From positions 1 through 48,328 of the forward strand of contig DATAKR010000058.1 of assembly GCA_036261495.1 (NCBI GenBank): DNA of 48,328 nt. Reading direction: 5' to 3'. Within the stretch, counting starts at the first letter, position 1. Each line of letters opens with the position of its first letter. Below, piece after piece: positions 1 to 8,552 of this stretch. Under the pieces are notes generated by a model. That model ran no database searches. It worked only from the letters and a program-made list of their open reading frames with translations, and was not told where the DNA came from. The position numbers and the translations under genes were made by a program. The DNA comes from Acidimicrobiales bacterium (lineage in GTDB: Bacteria; Actinomycetota; Acidimicrobiia; Acidimicrobiales; CADCTF01).

Positions 1-1297
1 CGGCGAGGGACCGCTCGACCTCGGTCTCGACGCGAACCGCGAGCTCCGCTCGCGGGCCGCCGAGCGAGCGGGCGATGGAGCGCAGCATGACCGACCGCGG
101 GTCGGCGGTCCGGTACACGGGGTGCCCGAAGCCCATGATCGTCTCGCCCCGCTCGACGGCGTCGCGCACCCACGCGGCGGCGCGGTCCGGCGTTCCGATG
201 GCGTCGAGCGTCTCGAGGGCGCGGTCGATGGCGCCGCCGTGGAGCGGGCCCGACAGCGCCGAGAGCGCGGCCACGATGGCGCCCCCGAGGTCGGCGCCGG
301 TCGAGGTGACGACTCGCGACGTGAAGGTCGAGGCGTTGAACCCGTGGTCGAGGGCCAAGATCAGGTACTGCTCGAGCGCCCGGGCGAGTGCCGGCGAAGG
401 CTCCTGGCCGGTGAGCATGTAGAGGTAGCCGGCCGCGTGGCCGAGGTCGGCCCGGGGCGCGACCGGCTCCTCGCCGAGGCGCAGGCGGTGGAGGGCGGCG
501 ACGATCGTCGGGACGGCGGCCGTCAGGCGCAGCGCCTCGCGGCGGAGCCGATCCGACGGTGCGTGGAGCGACGGCTCGGGGGAGCTCAGCGCCGCGAGGT
601 GTGACATGGCGGTGCGCAGTCCGGCCATCGGCGTCGTCGCGGCCGCCAGTGCCGGGAGCACGTCGCGGACCCCGCTGGGAAGCAATCGCAGGGGCGCGAC
701 CTCGGCCGCGAACGCGTCTCGGTCGGCACCGGAAGGGAGATCACCGAAGAGCATGAGGTGCCACACGTCCTCGAACGCCCGCCGCTCGGCGAGCTCCGTC
801 GCGGAGTACTGGCGGTAGTGGTAGAAGCCCTCGGTGCCGCGGACGTCGCCGAGCGCGGTCTCGGCCACGATCACGCCCTTGAGCCCTGGCGGCGCGACGA
901 GCGCCGGCTCGCCGGCGGGCCGCAGGGCGGCCACCGCGACGAGGTCGCGCATCGACACGATGCCCTTGAACTCGCCGCCCGCCACCACCGGGATGTGCCG
1001 GTAGCCGTGCTCGCCGAGCTGCCGCCAGGCGTCGTCGAGCACCGTGTCGGGGGTGACGCAATCGGGATCCGGCGTCATCCACTCGCGGACCGTCGCCCGG
1101 AGCGGATCGGCGGTGTCGGCGGCCGCTCGGAGCAGGTCGCGCTCGGTGAGGATGCCGACCGGCCGGTTGCCCTCGACGACGACGACCGACCCCACCCCGC
1201 TCGCGTTCATTCGCTTCGCCGCCACGGCGAGCGCCTCGTCCTCGGTGGCGGTGAGCGCCGGCGTGGTCATCACGTCGGCGACGGTCCTGGTGGCCAT
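1..1297 (-). CDS. CBS-pair domain fused to citrate synthase (start inside window, 3' end runs off left edge)
   Basis: Manual minus-strand translation from ATG at 1297 gives MATRTVADVMTTPALTATEDEALAVAAKRMNASGVGSVVVVEGNRPVGILTERDLL..., a CBS pair. It continues GVIVAETALGDVRGTEGFYHYRQY...SGPLHGGA...GFGHPVYRTADPR, which are citrate synthase signatures. Absent from the ORF track because no stop lies inside the window. Confidence 0.8.
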   Translation of the reverse strand, partial: MATRTVADVMTTPALTATEDEALAVAAKRMNASGVGSVVVVEGNRPVGILTERDLLRAAADTADPLRATVREWMTPDPDCVTPDTVLDDAWRQLGEHGYRHIPVVAGGEFKGIVSMRDLVAVAALRPAGEPALVAPPGLKGVIVAETALGDVRGTEGFYHYRQYSATELAERRAFEDVWHLMLFGDLPSGADRDAFAAEVAPLRLLPSGVRDVLPALAAATTPMAGLRTAMSHLAALSSPEPSLHAPSDRLRREALRLTAAVPTIVAALHRLRLGEEPVAPRADLGHAAGYLYMLTGQEPSPALARALEQYLILALDHGFNASTFTSRVVTSTGADLGGAIVAALSALSGPLHGGAIDRALETLDAIGTPDRAAAWVRDAVERGETIMGFGHPVYRTADPRSVMLRSIARSLGGPRAELAVRVETEVERSLA

Positions 1298-1342
1298 GAC
1301 GTCCCCTCTCGTCCGGTCCGAGTCTCGCGCCACCGGCACAAG

Positions 1343-1380
1343 TTGATCAAGGTTGATTGCATCAAGGTTGATCACATCAA
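1343..1380. promoter_or_regulatory. AT-rich operator-like cluster of three palindromes: TTGATCAA, TTGAT-TGC-ATCAA, TTGAT-CAC-ATCAA
   Basis: Read directly: ...aagTTGATCAAggTTGATtgcATCAAggTTGATcacATCAAtatgat... It sits in the 95-bp divergent spacer between the two citrate-synthase paralogs. A TATGAT -10-like hexamer lies at 1381..1386. Confidence 0.6.
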
Positions 1381-1392
1381 TATGATGAGGGT

Positions 1393-2601
1393 GTGGCCGA
1401 GGGATGGATGACGACCGAGGAGGCGGCGGCGCGGCTCGGCGTGAAGGCGGAGACGCTCTACGCGTACGTGAGCCGGGGGGTGATCCGCAGCGAGCGCATC
1501 CCCGGGGAGCGCCGCAGCCGCTTCCTGCGCGCCGACGTCGAGCGCCTCGCCGGCCGCCAGCGGGGCGGCGGCCGGGCCGGCGGGCTCGAGATCGTCGTCG
1601 AATCCGAGCTGACCCTGCTCGATCCCACCGGCCGTCTCTTCTACCGGGGGTGGGATGTCGAGGACGCGGCCCGGTCGGCTTCGTTCGAGGACGTGGCCAC
1701 GTGGCTCTGGACCGGTACGCATGGCGACGTCCCCTTCGAGGCCTCGAAGGCCGCCCTCCGTGCCGCCCGGCGGGTCGTCAGCGCGCTGCCACGGGAGGCG
1801 CCGACGATCGACCGGCTGCGCGCCGTGGTCGTGGCGATCCGTGGCCTCGATCCACTCCGCGACGACCGGCGGCCGGTTGCGGTGGCGCTCACCGGCCGGA
1901 GCCTCATCGCCACGCTGGTCGACGCGCTGCCGACGCTGGCCGGCGGCGAGCCACCGGCGTCGGGATCGGTGGCGTCGCGGCTGTGGCCCCGGTTGTCGTC
2001 GCGCCGCGCCACCGCGGAGCGGGTGCGGCTTCTCGACGCCGCCATGATCATGCTCGCCGACCACGAGCTCGCGGCGTCGACCTTCGCCGCCCGGGTGGCC
2101 GCGTCGACGTGGGCCGATCCCTACCTCGTGGTCGAAGCGGGCTTCGCGGCCCTCGGCGGCCCGCTGCACGGCGGCGCGTCCGACCAGGCCCGACGGATGC
2201 TGCGCGATGCGTCGCGGTCGGGGGACGCCGCCGCGGTGGTCGGTGCCCGCCTGCGCGACGGCGAGCTGATCCCCGGCTTCGGGCACCGGGTGTACCTCGA
2301 CCGCGACCCACGGGCCGACCTGCTGCTCCGGCTCCTCGAGGACGCCGGCGCACTCGACCGCGTCGCCGCGGCGCGTGGCGTCCTCGAGACCATGCGCCGC
2401 CGCAAGCTCCCCTTCGCCAACATCGACTTCGCGCTGGCGGTGCTCGCCGAGGACAACGACATGATCGCGGGCGCCACCGAGATCACCTTTGCCATCGCCC
2501 GGGTGGTCGGCTGGCTGGCCCATGCCGTCGAGGAGTACGACCACCGCCTGCGGTTCCGGCCGAGAGCGGCCTATGTGGGCCCGCGCCCGGCCGGCGGCTG
2601 A
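1393..2601 (+). CDS. HTH (MerR/excisionase-type) domain fused to citrate-synthase-like enzyme
   Basis: ORF track 402 aa. The N-terminus TTEEAAARLGVKAETLYAYVSRGVIRSERIPGERRSRFLRADVERL is HTH_17-like. The remainder carries citrate synthase motifs GGPLHGGA, GFGHRVYLDRDPR and ANIDFAL. Alternative ATG start at 1408. Confidence 0.8.
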   Translation: MAEGWMTTEEAAARLGVKAETLYAYVSRGVIRSERIPGERRSRFLRADVERLAGRQRGGGRAGGLEIVVESELTLLDPTGRLFYRGWDVEDAARSASFEDVATWLWTGTHGDVPFEASKAALRAARRVVSALPREAPTIDRLRAVVVAIRGLDPLRDDRRPVAVALTGRSLIATLVDALPTLAGGEPPASGSVASRLWPRLSSRRATAERVRLLDAAMIMLADHELAASTFAARVAASTWADPYLVVEAGFAALGGPLHGGASDQARRMLRDASRSGDAAAVVGARLRDGELIPGFGHRVYLDRDPRADLLLRLLEDAGALDRVAAARGVLETMRRRKLPFANIDFALAVLAEDNDMIAGATEITFAIARVVGWLAHAVEEYDHRLRFRPRAAYVGPRPAGG

Positions 2602-2611
2602 CCGCGCCCGC

Positions 2612-3094
2612 TCAGGCGAACACCATCAGCGTGAGCCACTCGGCGACGCACGCCGGGCGCGACTCGTTCTCGATCTCCACGGTCACCGTGCGCGTCACCT
2701 GCACGGTGCTCGGATCCTTGAGTCGCACGTCGCTCACCACGCTACGGGCGCGGATCCTAGAGCCGACCTTCACGGGGCTCACGAAGCGCACCTTGTCGAA
2801 GCCGTAGTTGACGCCCATCATCAGGCCTTCCATGGCGCCACCGCCCTCGGTGCGCGGCACCGAGGCGGACAGGTGGGTGACGAGCGACAGCGTCAGGAAC
2901 CCGTGGGCGATGGTCGACCCGAAGGGTGTCGCCTTGGCGCGCTCGGGATCGACGTGGATGAACTGGTGGTCGTGGGTGACGTCGGCGAAGGTGTCGATGA
3001 GCGGCTGGTCGATCGTGAACCACTCGCCGGGGCCCGGGTCGTGGCCCACGCTTGCCTGCATCTGCTCCAGAGCCTTCTCGGCGTTGCTCGCCAT
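2612..3094 (-). CDS. MaoC-like (R)-specific enoyl-CoA hydratase/dehydratase
   Basis: ORF 2612..3115. Hot-dog fold motifs DVTHDHQFIHVDPERAKATPFGSTIAHGFLTLSL. Start placed at MASNAEK (3094). Confidence 0.75.
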   Translation of the reverse strand: MASNAEKALEQMQASVGHDPGPGEWFTIDQPLIDTFADVTHDHQFIHVDPERAKATPFGSTIAHGFLTLSLVTHLSASVPRTEGGGAMEGLMMGVNYGFDKVRFVSPVKVGSRIRARSVVSDVRLKDPSTVQVTRTVTVEIENESRPACVAEWLTLMVFA

Positions 3095-3191
3095 GGGTCT
3101 CCTCCTCGCCGGCACCGTCGGTCGGCCGGCCCCTTCGTAGCCGTCGCGGCGGCCCGCCCGCCAGCGCCGGCCCGGGGCGCCGGCCGCGTGA

Positions 3192-3824
3192 TCAGTTCGA
3201 TCCGGCCAGGGCGAGGAAGAGGATGGCCAGCACGACGACGCCGACCCTCACGACCTGCGACGGGAGCCGCCCACGGAGGAGCAGGAGGGCGCCGGCCCCG
3301 ATCACCACGACGGGCAGCAGGATGTTGGCGGCCACGTGCGGCAGCAGCCCGAGGAGGGCGACGCCGCCCGCCGTGGCGCCGACGATGCCGAAGAACGCGG
3401 CCGCGATCAGGGCCCACGTCGATCGGTGTGGGTAGCGCACGAACACGGCGAGGAACCCGAGCGCGGCGCCGAACGAGCTCAGCATGGTCGCCGGGACGCC
3501 GGTCATGACGCTGTGCACCAGCGCGCCGGCGCCGAACCCGGTCACCACCGCGCCGCCGACGAACCATCCGTAACGGCGCACCTGGAGCCAACCGGCCAGC
3601 AGCCCGGCGCCCACCGCGAACGGGCCGAAGTGGAGCGACAGGCCCAGGGCGCGCTCGATGAGGAGCGCCAGGCCGGCCACCACCAGGCCGGTGCCGACGG
3701 CGGTGCGCATCCGGCGCGAGCGGTCCTCCGGCGTGGGATGACCGGCGTCCGGGGGATAGAGGCCGTCGGTGTCGTCGGCCATGCCGAAGCCCGCATGGCC
3801 CGTGGAGAGGTCGCCGAAGCTCAT
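3192..3824 (-). CDS. hypothetical polytopic membrane protein
   Basis: 210-aa ORF with about 6 hydrophobic Gly/Ala/Val/Leu-rich segments. Same strand as the upstream two-component genes, directly downstream. Confidence 0.55.
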   Translation of the reverse strand: MSFGDLSTGHAGFGMADDTDGLYPPDAGHPTPEDRSRRMRTAVGTGLVVAGLALLIERALGLSLHFGPFAVGAGLLAGWLQVRRYGWFVGGAVVTGFGAGALVHSVMTGVPATMLSSFGAALGFLAVFVRYPHRSTWALIAAAFFGIVGATAGGVALLGLLPHVAANILLPVVVIGAGALLLLRGRLPSQVVRVGVVVLAILFLALAGSN

Positions 3825-3901
3825 GCCCGGGACGGTAGGCCCGTCGGCCCCCGATGTCGTCCGCCTGCGAGATGATTCGCGGGGTCGTCCGCGAGGACGA
3901 C

Positions 3902-4609
3902 CTACGACGAACCGGGCGGTACGAGGCCCGACTCGTACGCCACGACCACGGCCTGGACGCGATCCCGCAGACCGAGCTTGGTGAGGATGTGGGCGACGTG
4001 CGTCTTGACGGTGGTCTCGCTGATGAACAGCGCCTCGCCGATCTCCGCGTTCGTCGAGCCCTTGGCCACCTCGCGCAGCACCTCGACCTCCCGCTCGGTG
4101 AGCTGGTCGAGCGTGGGCCCGGCGCTCGAGCTCCGGGGCGCCGCCCGCGAGAACTCCTCGAGGAGTCGCTTGGTCATCCGCGGCTCCACCAGCGCGTCGC
4201 CTCGGGCGACGGCGCGGACGGCGGCGGCGAGGTCGTCGGGCGGTACGTCCTTGAGGAGGAAGCCGCTGGCGCCGGCCTTGACCGCGTTGAAGAGGTACTC
4301 GTCGAGATCGAACGTCGTGAGCACCAGCACCTTGTGGCCGTCGGCGGCGAGCTGCCGGGTGGCCTCCACGCCGTCGAGGCGCGGCATGCGGATGTCGATG
4401 AGCACGACGTCGGGTGCGAGCCGGCGGGCCTGCTCGATGGCCTCCACGCCGTCGGCGGCCTCACCGACCACCTCGAAGTCGTCCTCGGCCTCGAGGATGA
4501 GCCGGAAGCCGAACCGGACCAGCGCCTCGTCGTCGACGACGAGGAGGCGGGTGATGACGGCGCCGGATGGGGTCGGAGGGCTCGGAGGTGTCGAAGGCGT
4601 CGGGGTCAT
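3902..4609 (-). CDS. NarL/LuxR-family response regulator
   Basis: Receiver motifs LLVVDDEALVR, DVVLIDIRMP, LVLTTFD, plus the LuxR HTH LTEREVEVLREVAKGSTNAEIGEALFISETTVKTHV. ATGA overlap with the kinase stop. Confidence 0.9.
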   Translation of the reverse strand: MTPTPSTPPSPPTPSGAVITRLLVVDDEALVRFGFRLILEAEDDFEVVGEAADGVEAIEQARRLAPDVVLIDIRMPRLDGVEATRQLAADGHKVLVLTTFDLDEYLFNAVKAGASGFLLKDVPPDDLAAAVRAVARGDALVEPRMTKRLLEEFSRAAPRSSSAGPTLDQLTEREVEVLREVAKGSTNAEIGEALFISETTVKTHVAHILTKLGLRDRVQAVVVAYESGLVPPGSS

Positions 4610-5568
4610 GAGGCGAGCGGCACCGGGAACCGGGCGTGCACCCGCCAGCCGGGGCGACCCGCCCGCGGGCCGAGATCGAGCGTGCCACCTGCAGCGGCCA
4701 CGCGCTCGCGCATGCCGACGAGACCGTGGCCGTCACCCGCCGGCGGGGGCGGCACGTGCCCCGCGCCGTCGTCGTCGACGACGACGTCGACGCTGTTCGG
4801 GGCGTAGTCGAGCTCGATCCGCACGGTGGCCCGCGGGGCATGACGGACCACGTTGGTGAGCGACTCCTGCACCACGCGGTACGCGGCCAGCTGGACGCCC
4901 GGCGAGACGGTCGGGGGGATCTCGCCGATCACGTCGAGGTGGGCGTCGAGGCCGGCGGTGCGGAGCGTGTCGACGAGGTCGGGGATGTCGGTGAGCCGTG
5001 GAAGTGGAGCGGTCGGCGCCGCCTCGGGCGCCGGCGGCGGCGAGCCGGTCGTGCCCCAGCCCGGAGCCCGCGCCTGCCATCCGGATGGATCGCCGGAGGG
5101 CGGACGCGCCGCGTCGCCCAGCGAGGCGTCGGCGCCCCGGAGCACGGCCAGCAGGTTTCGCAGCTCGGTGAGGCTCTGGCGTCCGGCCTGCTCGGCGGCC
5201 GCCAGCGCCTGGTCCGCGAGCTCCGGTGAGCGAGGCGCCGCCCGCCGCGCCGCCGCGATCTGGATCGTCATGAGGCTCACGCCGTGGGCGACGATGTCGT
5301 GGAGCTCGCGTGCGATGCGCACCCGCTCCTCGGCCACCGCGAGCCGGGCGGTGCGGTGCTCCTCGATCTCGAGGCGGCGCTCCTCGATCTCGATGCGGCG
5401 GGCCCGACCGACCAGGAACTGGACCCCCACGCCGATCAGGATCAGCGGCCAGACGTAGACGAGCTGCACCGTCCAGAGGCCGGCCGACTCGAGCAGGAAG
5501 CCGGTGCCGATGAGCGCGAAGACGACGCCGGCGACGGCGCGCCCGCTCCTGACGTCACCGGCCGGCAC
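4606..5568 (-). CDS. HisKA_3-type sensor histidine kinase (LiaS/DesK-like)
   Basis: Two N-terminal TM helices, H-box RIARELHDIVAHGVS, and a C-terminal HATPase region (DDGAGHV...GHGLVGMRERV). Confidence 0.85.
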   Translation of the reverse strand: MPAGDVRSGRAVAGVVFALIGTGFLLESAGLWTVQLVYVWPLILIGVGVQFLVGRARRIEIEERRLEIEEHRTARLAVAEERVRIARELHDIVAHGVSLMTIQIAAARRAAPRSPELADQALAAAEQAGRQSLTELRNLLAVLRGADASLGDAARPPSGDPSGWQARAPGWGTTGSPPPAPEAAPTAPLPRLTDIPDLVDTLRTAGLDAHLDVIGEIPPTVSPGVQLAAYRVVQESLTNVVRHAPRATVRIELDYAPNSVDVVVDDDGAGHVPPPPAGDGHGLVGMRERVAAAGGTLDLGPRAGRPGWRVHARFPVPLAS

Positions 5569-6334
5569 GGGCGACCCGGCTACGGAACGGGCCCACGGAG
5601 CCGCGCGTCGCGTCCTCGCTGCGGACGACGATCTGGCCTCCGGCGACCGACAGGTCGAGCACGAGCGGCGCGTTCGGAGGGCCCTGCACCCGGTCGGCGG
5701 GCCCTCCGCCCTGGGCCACGTTCGTGCCGAACAGCTGCACGTCGCCGCCCCATCGCACGTGGGTGACGATCCGCACGTTCTGCCCGAGCGCGTCGGGCAC
5801 CACGACTTCGATCTGCCCGAAGCCGAGGGTCGCTCGCACCGTCTTCGGTTGGGGGGCGTCGGTGACGGGTGCCGCCGGTGTGTCGGTCGAGGCGGTCGAG
5901 GCGGTCGAGGCGGTCGCCATGGCGCGGGTGGCGTCGGTGAGGTCGATCACCATGTGGCCGATGAACAGGTCGTAGGAGGTCGCCGGAGCTTCCAGGGCGG
6001 TCGGGTGGAACCGGCGCTCGCCGATGCCACCGTGCATCGACGACGTGTCGAGCGAGACCGACGACGTGGTGGCGAGGGCCACCGTGAGCGCGATGCCGAC
6101 GAGCACCAGGCCGCCCCCGCGGCTCTTCGCCGTCGCCACCATCGACACGCCGAGCACCACGAGGAGGCCGGCGAGGATCGCCTGCCACGACAGGCCGATC
6201 ACGCCCGATTCGCGGAGCAGCCAGGCGGCCCCGAAGAGCACCAGCAGCAGGCCCAGGATGGGCGCGTCGGCGGAGCGCGAACGCCGCGTCGCGGGACGGG
6301 AGTGGGGTCGCGGCGGCGTCGCCGTGGCGGTCAT
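5555..6334 (-). CDS. LiaF-like membrane protein (cell-wall-active-antibiotic response type C-terminal domain)
   Basis: This is the C-terminal 259 aa of ORF 5555..7300, starting at MTATATPP (ATG 6334). It has TM helices followed by a beta-rich tail, ATLGFGQIEVVVPDALGQNVRIVTHVRWGGDVQLFG...LVLDLSVAGGQIVVRS. Overlaps the kinase start by 14 nt. Confidence 0.55.
   Translation of the reverse strand: MTATATPPRPHSRPATRRSRSADAPILGLLLVLFGAAWLLRESGVIGLSWQAILAGLLVVLGVSMVATAKSRGGGLVLVGIALTVALATTSSVSLDTSSMHGGIGERRFHPTALEAPATSYDLFIGHMVIDLTDATRAMATASTASTASTDTPAAPVTDAPQPKTVRATLGFGQIEVVVPDALGQNVRIVTHVRWGGDVQLFGTNVAQGGGPADRVQGPPNAPLVLDLSVAGGQIVVRSEDATRGSVGPFRSRVARAGR
5885..5916. repeat. in-frame 9-bp tandem repeat (GGTCGAGGC x3 plus partial)
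   Basis: Read directly. It encodes the ASTASTAST linker of the LiaF-like protein. Confidence 0.85.
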
Positions 6335-6417
6335 GCCTCGGAGGGTATGGCGCCGCGGCCGTCCCGCCATCCTCCTGCAGGGCGAATTGCGTGTCGTCCC
6401 CGGCGACGATGCGCGCT

Positions 6418-8439
6418 TCAGAACGGCAGCGGGAGGGCGTGCACGACGGAGAGGTGCTGGGTCGGGCGGCTCAGCGCGATGTAGACGAGGCGCAGACCAC
6501 GGGGCGCGTCGTCCGCGATCTTGGCCGGCTCGACCACGATCACGGCGTCGAACTCGAGGCCCTTGGCCGACAGCGCGGGCACGAGCGTGACGTCGTGGCC
6601 CAGCCCCTGGCGCTCGGCGTCGCCCAGGTCGAGGTCCTGGTGAGAGAGGGCCTCGGCGATCTCGTCGTGCAGCGCGGAGGGGACGATCACTGCCACCGAC
6701 GCGTGGCGCTCGACGAGGTCGGCGGCTTCGGACGCGACCGCGGCGGCGAGCCGCGCCGGGCCGCCGACGGCGACGAAGTGGGGGTCCCAACGTCCTGGGC
6801 GGATCGACTCGGTGGGCCTCAGCGACGGGGCGATGACCGGCAGCAGGCGCGACGCCACGTCGAGCACCTTGCCGGGCGCTCGGTAGCCGAGGCGCAGCTC
6901 CTCGATCCGCGTGCCGTCGGGGGACGGCAGGTGCTGCAGCAGGTCGTCCCAGGAGTCGCGTGCCCAGACACCGGCGCCCTGGGCGATGTCGCCCAGGATC
7001 GTCATCGAGCCGCGCGGCACCCGCCGGCCGAGCATCCGCGCCTGCATCGGCGACAGGTCCTGGGCCTCGTCGACCACGGCGTGGCCGTAGGTGCGGGTAC
7101 GCCCCTCCACGAGATCGATCGCCTCGTCGACGAGGGCGACGTCGGCGTCGGTCCACGGCTCGTCCTTGAGCGATCGGGCGCCCTTCCGATGGAGCAGGCG
7201 CTGCTCGCCGGCATCGAGCACGCCCGCCGCCGCGCCGGCGAGACGGGCCCGGTTGGTGAGCAGGTCGCGCACGAGCGCCGGCCCGGACACGGTTGGCCAC
7301 AGCACGTCGAGCGTCTTCTTGAACGCGGCCTGACCCTGCAAGGCCTTCGAGATCTCGGCGTACTCCGCGGACGCCCCACCGGTGCGCTCGGCGTAGCGGT
7401 CGTAGACCTCACGCGCGAGCAGGTCGCGAAGCGTCGACCTGCCGGCGGCATGGGCGAGCCGCCGGGCGGCGACGGTGTCGGCGAGGGCGTTCACCGTGGC
7501 GGCTGGGATGGTGACCCGGGTGAAGCGGTGCGTCACTTCGAGGTCGTCGGTGAGCCGCCCACGGCGGCTGCGAAGCGCGCCGGCGAGGACGGCGGCCATC
7601 CGCCCGTCACCCTTCAGGCGCGCCACGTCGGGCGCGTCCTCGGCGCGCACGGGCGCGTCGGGCACGAGGTCGCGCAGCGTGGTCTGCACGACGGCCTCCT
7701 CGCCCAGCGAGGGCAGCACCTGGGCGATGTAGCGGAGGAACGTCCGGTTGGGGCCGACGACGAGGACGCCGTCGCGCGCCAGCTCGTCGTTGCCGTAGAG
7801 GAGGAACGCGGCGCGGTGGAGCCCGATGGCGGTCTTGCCCGTGCCCGGACCTCCCTGCACGGTGAGGATCCCCGGCTGCGCGGCGCGGATGACGACGTCC
7901 TGCTCCGCCTGGATGGTCGACACGATGTCGAGCATCTGGCCCGTACGCGCCCGCTCGAGCTCCGCCAGGAGGGCGTCGCGGCCGCGGACGTGCGGACCAT
8001 CAGCGGCCCGCTGCTCCGCGTCGGGGCCGAAGAGGTCGTCGGCCATCTGCACGAGCGTCCGGCCGTCGACGACGAACTGCCGGCGGCGTTCGAGGCCGAG
8101 GGGTTCGGCGATCGTGGCCCGGTAGAAGGGGACGGCCACCGGCGCGCGCCACTCGACCACGACGGGTTCGGCGTCCTCGTCTTCGACATGGCGTCGCCCG
8201 ATGTGCCACGTGTCGCCGTCGTCGGTGTCGATGCGGCCGAAGCACAGCGCCCGGCCGGTGTCGGCCAGCTGGTTGATGCGTCGCTTCAGTGCGACCACGT
8301 GATCGAGGTCGGTCTCGTTCACGGTCGTGAGCAGGTACTCGGCCCGCCGGCGCATGAAGTCGAGGCACTCGTAGGCGAAGTCGAGATGCGCCTGCTCCGA
8401 CTCGAGTTCGGCGTCGACGTCGTCGCGCGAGACGGCCAT
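6418..8439 (-). CDS. helD: HelD / UvrD-like helicase IV (RNA polymerase-associated ATPase)
   Basis: 673 aa. N-terminal coiled region, RIDTDDGDTWHIGRRHV, Walker A GGPGTGKT, VVDEAQDLSPMQ, and C-terminal SAKGLEFDAVIVVEP. Confidence 0.85.
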   Translation of the reverse strand: MAVSRDDVDAELESEQAHLDFAYECLDFMRRRAEYLLTTVNETDLDHVVALKRRINQLADTGRALCFGRIDTDDGDTWHIGRRHVEDEDAEPVVVEWRAPVAVPFYRATIAEPLGLERRRQFVVDGRTLVQMADDLFGPDAEQRAADGPHVRGRDALLAELERARTGQMLDIVSTIQAEQDVVIRAAQPGILTVQGGPGTGKTAIGLHRAAFLLYGNDELARDGVLVVGPNRTFLRYIAQVLPSLGEEAVVQTTLRDLVPDAPVRAEDAPDVARLKGDGRMAAVLAGALRSRRGRLTDDLEVTHRFTRVTIPAATVNALADTVAARRLAHAAGRSTLRDLLAREVYDRYAERTGGASAEYAEISKALQGQAAFKKTLDVLWPTVSGPALVRDLLTNRARLAGAAAGVLDAGEQRLLHRKGARSLKDEPWTDADVALVDEAIDLVEGRTRTYGHAVVDEAQDLSPMQARMLGRRVPRGSMTILGDIAQGAGVWARDSWDDLLQHLPSPDGTRIEELRLGYRAPGKVLDVASRLLPVIAPSLRPTESIRPGRWDPHFVAVGGPARLAAAVASEAADLVERHASVAVIVPSALHDEIAEALSHQDLDLGDAERQGLGHDVTLVPALSAKGLEFDAVIVVEPAKIADDAPRGLRLVYIALSRPTQHLSVVHALPLPF

Positions 8440-8552
8440 AGCGGAGGGGCGACGCTAGTGACGCCTGACCGCGTGCGGCAACCGGTTTTCGGCGCGATGC
8501 TCGACGCGCGGCCGGCTGCTGGGGCTGGCGAGCTGGGGAGGTGGTCCGCGAC

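Noticed and set aside
6335-7300. N-terminal 320 aa of ORF 5555..7300, which would make the LiaF-like protein 581 aa.
   Set aside because: The upstream part is Arg/Pro junk antisense-overlapping the HelD gene. Real-looking sequence begins at MTATATPP (6334).
8440-8540. Rifamycin-associated-element-like inverted repeat upstream of HelD.
   Set aside because: I found only a short AACCGGTT palindrome (8480..8487). I cannot recall the RAE consensus reliably enough to call a match.
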